From assembly GCF_049243625.1 (NCBI RefSeq), contig NZ_CP046975.1: DNA of 32,000 nucleotides; one strand, written 5' to 3'. The notes under the pieces were generated by a model. That model saw nothing but the letters and a program-made list of their open reading frames with translations. It was not told the DNA's origin and did no database searches. Shown here piece after piece: positions 27,529 to 32,000 of the stretch (its first letter is position 1; each line of letters starts with the position of its first letter). Source of the DNA: Corynebacterium amycolatum (GTDB lineage Bacteria; Actinomycetota; Actinomycetes; Mycobacteriales; Mycobacteriaceae). The translations under genes were made by a program, and so were the position numbers.

Positions 27529-28503
27529 TTAAGCCTGTTCATCCTGCGCCAGACGCTGCTGCATATACTCGCGCAGCCCCTCGCCGTAGTCCGGATGCCT
27601 GAGTCCAAAGTCTACGCAAGCGCGAATGAAGCCACCAGGATTTCCCAGGTCATGGCGGAACCCCTTGTGGACGACCACATGAACCGGATGCCCCTCTTGA
27701 ATCAGCAGCTCAATTGCATCGGTGAGCTGGTATTCGCCGCCCTTACCGCGCGGGATGCGGCGCAGCGCATCGAAGATGGCACGATCGAGCAAGTAACGTC
27801 CGACTGCCACGAAGTTGGATGGAGCATCCGCAGGGTCCGGCTTTTCCACCATGCCCTTGACTCGCTTCACATCGTCCCAAGCATCAGCATCAGCCGCGTT
27901 CTCACCGAGCTCACCCGACTCCGCCGGGGTGGCGTCCTCAATATCGAAGACACCGTAGTTGTAGACCTCTTCGTGAGGAATTTCCAGCGCACATAGCACC
28001 GAGCCGCCAAAGCGCTCGCGCACTTCCGTCATGCGATCCATCACGCCCACTGGGAGCACGAGATCGTCGGGAAGCATGACAGCAACGCTGTCCTCATCGT
28101 CTTCGAGCAGCGGCTCTGCGACCAACACCGCATGCCCCAGGCCCAGCGGTCGATCTTGGACAACGGATTCCACGCGAATGACCTCGGTGGCGCGGCGTAC
28201 CTTCGCTGCAATTTTGTCCTTGCCACGCTCGGCGAGAGTCTGCTCAAGATCCGGGCGTGGGTCGAAGTGCCCCAGCACGCCATCCTTACTCGGCGCCGTG
28301 ACAATAGCCAGGCGTTGCGCACCAGTGGCGGCGGCCTCTTCAGCAATCATCTCGATGCCCGGCGTATCAACCACGGGCAGCAATTCTTTCGGCACTGTCT
28401 TGGTGGCAGGCAAGAATCGCGTACCCATGCCCGCGGCAGGAACGATGACAGTTCGAACCGGAGTAGTCATGTCCGAACCAGACTCTTTAGACGATGAGAC
28501 CAT
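27529..28503 (-). CDS. galU: UTP--glucose-1-phosphate uridylyltransferase
   Basis: 324 aa with VIVPAAGMGTRFLPATKTVPKELLPVVD. Alternative start at ATG 28470 (MTTPVRT). Confidence 0.93.
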   Translation of the reverse strand: MVSSSKESGSDMTTPVRTVIVPAAGMGTRFLPATKTVPKELLPVVDTPGIEMIAEEAAATGAQRLAIVTAPSKDGVLGHFDPRPDLEQTLAERGKDKIAAKVRRATEVIRVESVVQDRPLGLGHAVLVAEPLLEDDEDSVAVMLPDDLVLPVGVMDRMTEVRERFGGSVLCALEIPHEEVYNYGVFDIEDATPAESGELGENAADADAWDDVKRVKGMVEKPDPADAPSNFVAVGRYLLDRAIFDALRRIPRGKGGEYQLTDAIELLIQEGHPVHVVVHKGFRHDLGNPGGFIRACVDFGLRHPDYGEGLREYMQQRLAQDEQA

Positions 28504-28636
28504 AATGGCAACGATACCTATATAACTTCCATTTGCTCGGAGGCTGACCCCGCTTTTTTCAACGCGTCAATCAGAAATTTTCTCCTGCGCTGACGACCGA
28601 GGCCGCTCCCCTACCTGACAGAGTAGGTTTGCAGGT

Positions 28637-29311
28637 ATGGCTCCGCTTCCCGAAACCACGTCCGATTTCAAAACCCGCACACGGCACGAGGTACTCGCCG
28701 CACGCGCCGCCAAGGGGCAGCGTGAGCGCATGCTTGACGACGAAGCACTGGTACAGCGGTTGCAAGAATGGTTATCCAATACCGTCGGTGACCTCACAAA
28801 ACCCGTCATCGCCGCTTATGTCCCCGCTGGCGACGAGCCCGGTGCAAGCGTTTCTAGTTCGACTGATGGTGAGCCCGGCCAGGGCTTTGTGGAGGCTTTG
28901 GCCAACGCGGTTCCCGGAGCACGAATTCTGCTTCCCGTCTGCCCGCCCGGTCCGCCACAGCCGCTGCACTGGGGTTACTACACCGACGGCTTCAGCAAAG
29001 GGCGATTTGGACTCTTGGAACCTGTTTCGATGGAAAGCGCCGCCGGCCCGAAGGAGCTAGGTGTTGCCGACGCCATTATTCTGCCGGCAGTTGCGGCCGA
29101 CCCCCAAACTGGGATGCGGTTAGGGCGTGGCGCTGGTTATTACGATCGCAGCTTGGTTTTCGCTCGACGCGACGGCGATACGGATGGGGCGAGAGCTGCT
29201 GTCATCGCTGTTGCGGTTTTCGACACCGAGTTGCGCACGGAGCTTGCCTACGATGAGCACGACGTTCCCGCCGATTATGTGATCACGCCAGCGGGGATTT
29301 CACAGGTTTAA
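28637..29311 (+). CDS. 5-formyltetrahydrofolate cyclo-ligase
   Basis: 224 aa with the C-terminal motif GMRLGRGAGYYDRSL and DEHDVPADYVITP. Divergent from galU, as I remember for Mtb Rv0992c/Rv0993. Confidence 0.88.
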   Translation: MAPLPETTSDFKTRTRHEVLAARAAKGQRERMLDDEALVQRLQEWLSNTVGDLTKPVIAAYVPAGDEPGASVSSSTDGEPGQGFVEALANAVPGARILLPVCPPGPPQPLHWGYYTDGFSKGRFGLLEPVSMESAAGPKELGVADAIILPAVAADPQTGMRLGRGAGYYDRSLVFARRDGDTDGARAAVIAVAVFDTELRTELAYDEHDVPADYVITPAGISQV

Positions 29312-29347
29312 TGGAACCGATTCCGGGTTTTTCGCGCCTAACTTAAT

Positions 29348-29962
29348 ATGAACCCAAAACACTCGTCCCGGTTTCCGCGTCCATTCCGAAAGCCCCGCCC
29401 CGCAACTATTCGGCGAATAGTTGCAGTCACAGTTTTCCTATGTGCCGTCGGACTGGCGGCGGTGGAGTCATTGACACCTCGCAGCGGCCATATCCGGGTC
29501 ATGATTAGCGCCAAATCCATTGCCGGTGGCGCATCGGTGGCAGAACAAGATGTGGCTTTCAAGGACATTCCCCGGGATCTCGTTCCTGGCGGGGCCGTAA
29601 CGGACATCGCTGCTGTGCGGGGACGCACCCTGGCCACCGGCATGTCACCAGGAGAGATACTTACAGAGCAGCGAATGGTCGGCCCATCACTAGCCAAGTC
29701 GTTGACTGGGATGTCGGAAAGCAAAATTATTGCCATCACGTTGACTGATGTGGGCATCGTGTCCGCTCTTCGCACTGGTGACAGCGTGGATATTGTGTCG
29801 ACCGCGGATGAGCGCGGGATGGCAGCGCCGCTTGCACACGGGGCAAAGGTGGTCAACATCGTCGACGAAGAGGTGGTTTTGGTTGCACTGCCCACTGGTG
29901 CCGCGGAGGTGGTGGCAGCGACATCGCTAACGTCCCCGCTCACACTGTTACTCTCGGGTTAG
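29348..29962 (+). CDS. Membrane-anchored SAF domain protein (CpaB/RcpC-like)
   Basis: 204 aa with a basic N-terminus, one TM (IVAVTVFLCAVGLAAV) and then a SAF-like pattern: IRVMISAKSIAGGASVAEQDVAFKDIP...VRGRTLATGMSPGEILTEQRM. Confidence 0.68.
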   Translation: MNPKHSSRFPRPFRKPRPATIRRIVAVTVFLCAVGLAAVESLTPRSGHIRVMISAKSIAGGASVAEQDVAFKDIPRDLVPGGAVTDIAAVRGRTLATGMSPGEILTEQRMVGPSLAKSLTGMSESKIIAITLTDVGIVSALRTGDSVDIVSTADERGMAAPLAHGAKVVNIVDEEVVLVALPTGAAEVVAATSLTSPLTLLLSG

Positions 29963-30051
29963 TGACCAAAGTCTCACTGATTACAAGATTTCATGGCCCT
30001 GAACAGCGTTTTCCGTAGAAAGTTGACTTGTCCCATAACTTGGTGTCGGGA

Positions 30052-30057
30052 TACAAT
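30052..30057 (+). promoter_or_regulatory. Candidate -10 box TACAAT(GG) upstream of mscL
   Basis: GGGATACAATGG matches the corynebacterial extended -10 consensus TAyAATGG as I remember it. The only TTGACT upstream (30023-30028) is 23 nt away, so the -35 is not convincing. Confidence 0.3.
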
Positions 30058-30213
30058 GGCTCGGCAATTCAAAATTACGATTAGAACTAAGAAGAGTGAC
30101 ACTGCCGGACAGCGCACTTCCCTGTTTCTGAAATCGTATGGGCCTGCATTGAGCTACGCGATGACTCACAGGTCTCGTTTGGTTTGTTCCGTTTCTACAG
30201 AAGGAAATTTCCT

Positions 30214-30630
30214 ATGCTTAAGGGCTTTAAAGAGTTCATCATGCGCGGCAACGTCATCGACCTGGCGGTCGGTGTTGTCATCGGTGCTGCGTTCACCGCA
30301 ATCGTCACTGCTTTCACCGAAAGCCTGCTCGAGCCGCTGCTGAACACCATCGGTGGCGCTGAGGTTACTGGCCTTGGCTTCGAAATCATCAGCGGCAACC
30401 CGTCGACCTACCTTGACTTTGCAGCTGTCATCACCGCAGTAATCAACTTCCTGCTGGTCGCAGCGGTTGTCTACTTCGTCATCGTTGCTCCGATGAACAA
30501 GTTCAACTCGATGCGTGAGGCTCGCCTGGAGACCTCCGCTGAGCCGGAGGTCACCGAGGCTGACCTGCTGACCGAGATTCGTGACCTGCTGGCAGAACAG
30601 AACGGCAAGCCGAAGTCGGAACTGAACTAG
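30214..30630 (+). CDS. mscL: Large-conductance mechanosensitive channel
   Basis: In frame with track ORF 30184..30630, which I trimmed to ATG 30214 (AGAAGGAAA upstream). MLKGFKEFIMRGNVIDLAVGVVIGAAFTAIVTAF is the canonical MscL N-terminus. Confidence 0.95.
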   Translation: MLKGFKEFIMRGNVIDLAVGVVIGAAFTAIVTAFTESLLEPLLNTIGGAEVTGLGFEIISGNPSTYLDFAAVITAVINFLLVAAVVYFVIVAPMNKFNSMREARLETSAEPEVTEADLLTEIRDLLAEQNGKPKSELN

Positions 30631-30683
30631 CCTCTAGCTGTTAGTTGAGACCTTCCGACAAGAAGCCAACTAACGCCTTTGCA

Positions 30684-30717
30684 CAGCGCTCATCCCCAAT
30701 GGGGTGGGCGCTGTTTT
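30684..30717 (+). terminator. Intrinsic terminator of mscL
   Basis: CAGCGCTCA-t-CCCC-aat-GGGG-TGGGCGCTG followed by TTTTG. The stem is about 13 bp with one bulge. It overlaps the last codons of the minus-strand ORF 30690..30908. Confidence 0.7.
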
Positions 30718-30908
30718 GTCCAGTAGTCCGCATCAAAACCACGAGCATCCTCCGGAGATTCATCGTGATAGCGCACTGTGCGCGCGGTTTTCGCACTGCG
30801 CGACTGGGCAAAGTTTTTCGCCGGTGCACCTGCGCGACGACGTTGCCTACGACTGCCACTGCGCGGCGCAGCTTGCTCGGGCTGATTGGGCTGATTGGCG
30901 TCGCCCAT
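30690..30908 (-). CDS. Small hypothetical protein (72 aa), basic centre and acidic/aromatic C-terminus
   Basis: The ATG lies 2 nt after the moaB-like stop (TAG GA ATG), with GGAG about 12 nt upstream, suggesting translational coupling. Sequence: MGDANQPNQPEQAAPRSGSRRQRRRAGAPAKNFAQSRSAKTARTVRYHDESPEDARGFDADYWTKQRPPHWG. I recognise no family. It could be a chance ORF. Confidence 0.45.
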   Translation of the reverse strand: MGDANQPNQPEQAAPRSGSRRQRRRAGAPAKNFAQSRSAKTARTVRYHDESPEDARGFDADYWTKQRPPHWG

Positions 30909-30910
30909 TC

Positions 30911-31480
30911 CTAGACGCTCCAGCGGCAGAGATCATCAAGCACATGAGAGACCAGCGGGAGGATTGTCGCCATGCCATCGCGCACTGCAGCGCGCGACTC
31001 CGCGAGATTGATAATCACCGTCTGACCGGACACACCAGCCAACCCGCGTGACAGCCCCGCATCCAAGGCGCCGGCTCCCATACCGGAGTTACGAATAGCC
31101 TGCTCAATGCCCTGCAGTCGTACATCGAGAACTTTGCGAGTGGCATCCGGGGTCTTCGCACGAGGCCCAACGCCAACGCCTCCCACCGTGACGACCAAAT
31201 CCGCGCCACCAACAACAGCGGTATCGAGCGCCTTCCGGATCTCACGCTTCACTGCACCCGTACTGACCACAGCATCGACCGAGTAGCCGTCTTCTTCCAA
31301 CAGCTCAACCATGAGCGAAGCCGCAGCATCCGGGTTCTCGAAATGATCGCCCACGAGGACTACAAACGCATTTCGGACCTGGCCGTCGTCGTTGATAAGA
31401 CGCTCCATCTCAGCGAGGTTAACGTCACTTGGCTCAGTACTCACAGTTTCACTCATCTGCTCTAACTCGCTTTCTCCCAC
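30911..31480 (-). CDS. moaB: MoaB/MogA-family (gephyrin G-domain-like) protein
   Basis: 189 aa with ...DLVVTVGGVGVGPRAKTPDATRKVLD...GQTVIINLAESRAAV, which aligns by eye to the MogA/MoaB core LVLTTGGTGPARRDVTPDAT...LILNLPGQPKS. The start is uncertain (internal Met codons at aa 9 and 25). Confidence 0.85.
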   Translation of the reverse strand: MGESELEQMSETVSTEPSDVNLAEMERLINDDGQVRNAFVVLVGDHFENPDAAASLMVELLEEDGYSVDAVVSTGAVKREIRKALDTAVVGGADLVVTVGGVGVGPRAKTPDATRKVLDVRLQGIEQAIRNSGMGAGALDAGLSRGLAGVSGQTVIINLAESRAAVRDGMATILPLVSHVLDDLCRWSV

Positions 31481-31550
31481 AGCTCTACACTCGAAGTTTC
31501 ACTCGAAAATCTTTTACAGATGGTGAGCTACTACTCCACCACGCTGCTTA

Positions 31551-32000
31551 TCAATCCTGGGCTTCTGCCAAGGTGACATCGACTGTTCGCTCGTTGCCGC
31601 CTCGCTCATCTGTAACTGTAAGTGTGACAGAATCCCCGATCCGATGCGAGCGGATAGCCGCAATTAGTGCAACGCCGTTGTCAAGTGTGCGGTCATCAAC
31701 CTTGGTAATCAGGTCACCGTCTTTCAGTCCCGCTTTGTCAGCTGGGCCGCCTGGCGTTACCTCCCGCACCAGTGCACCACGTGCAATCGGACGCGAATCA
31801 ATCTGGGCACCAATGACAGGCATCCGGGCCTTACCGGAATCAATCAGGTCTTCCGCTATGCGACGAGCCTGATTAACCGGAATAGCGAAACCAAGGCCAA
31901 TGCTGCCCGCTTGCTCCGATCCCGCACTGTTAGAGGCAATCACGCTGGGCACACCGATAAGGTTGCCTTCCATATCCACTAGCGCTCCACCGGAGTTACC
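31551..32000 (-). CDS. Trypsin-like serine protease with PDZ domain (HtrA/PepD-like), 3' part; N-terminus beyond the right edge
   Basis: The frame stays open to position 32000. The first visible codons are GNSGGALVDMEGN (catalytic Ser motif GNSGG). The PDZ segment GALVREVTPGGPADKAGLKDGDLITKVDD follows. The track lists only 31551..31979 from an internal GTG. Confidence 0.9.
   Translation of the reverse strand, partial: GNSGGALVDMEGNLIGVPSVIASNSAGSEQAGSIGLGFAIPVNQARRIAEDLIDSGKARMPVIGAQIDSRPIARGALVREVTPGGPADKAGLKDGDLITKVDDRTLDNGVALIAAIRSHRIGDSVTLTVTDERGGNERTVDVTLAEAQD

Noticed and set aside
30645-30914. 89-aa plus-strand ORF between mscL and moaB-like
   Set aside because: It would start inside the mscL terminator region, has Cys/Arg-rich nonsense composition and has no SD. 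The minus-strand 72-aa frame is the better, though still uncertain, candidate.

Overview
High-GC actinobacterial core-genome window, most likely Corynebacterium (Mycobacteriales). Evidence: tmRNA tag AENTQRDYALAA, RpfB, Pmt, and a gene order that matches M. tuberculosis Rv0983-Rv1011 as I remember it. I support 28 protein-coding genes, one doubtful small ORF, one gene relic and the tmRNA gene.

Gene order, left to right: UPF0182 membrane protein (partial, missing from the ORF track), PPA1309-like protein, secreted SGNH hydrolase, P-type ATPase relic, ssrA, smpB, AbgT transporter, alpha/beta hydrolase, CDF metal exporter, ABC-F ATPase, NUDIX hydrolase, rsmA/ksgA, rpfB, tatD, metG, pabB-like, BCCT transporter, rsmI, pmt, membrane zf-HC2 anti-sigma-like protein, DoxX, acidic membrane protein, RimJ-like GNAT, MoeA-like protein, galU, 5-formyl-THF cyclo-ligase, SAF-domain protein, mscL, small ORF, moaB-like, HtrA-like protease (partial).

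I saw no rRNA, tRNA, CRISPR array, IS element, integrase or phage genes. Many long ORFs in the supplied track are antisense shadows typical of high-GC DNA.

The most interesting locus is 24053-27432: MoeA-like gene, GNAT, then a membrane protein with a very acidic cytoplasmic loop. I interpret it as the gephyrin-like Glp / receptor GlpR cell-division module, which routine annotation would label as molybdenum-cofactor enzyme plus hypothetical protein.

Secondary leads: a DoxX plus orphan multi-pass zinc-finger anti-sigma pair; a MoaB/MogA-like protein with a non-canonical active-site motif, followed by a tightly coupled 72-aa ORF; a P-type ATPase relic next to the tmRNA 3' end; a long AT-rich rpfB leader; and several short tandem repeats and palindromes in intergenic regions.

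All coordinates I derived myself were anchored on ORF-track coordinates. No database search or folding calculation was possible.
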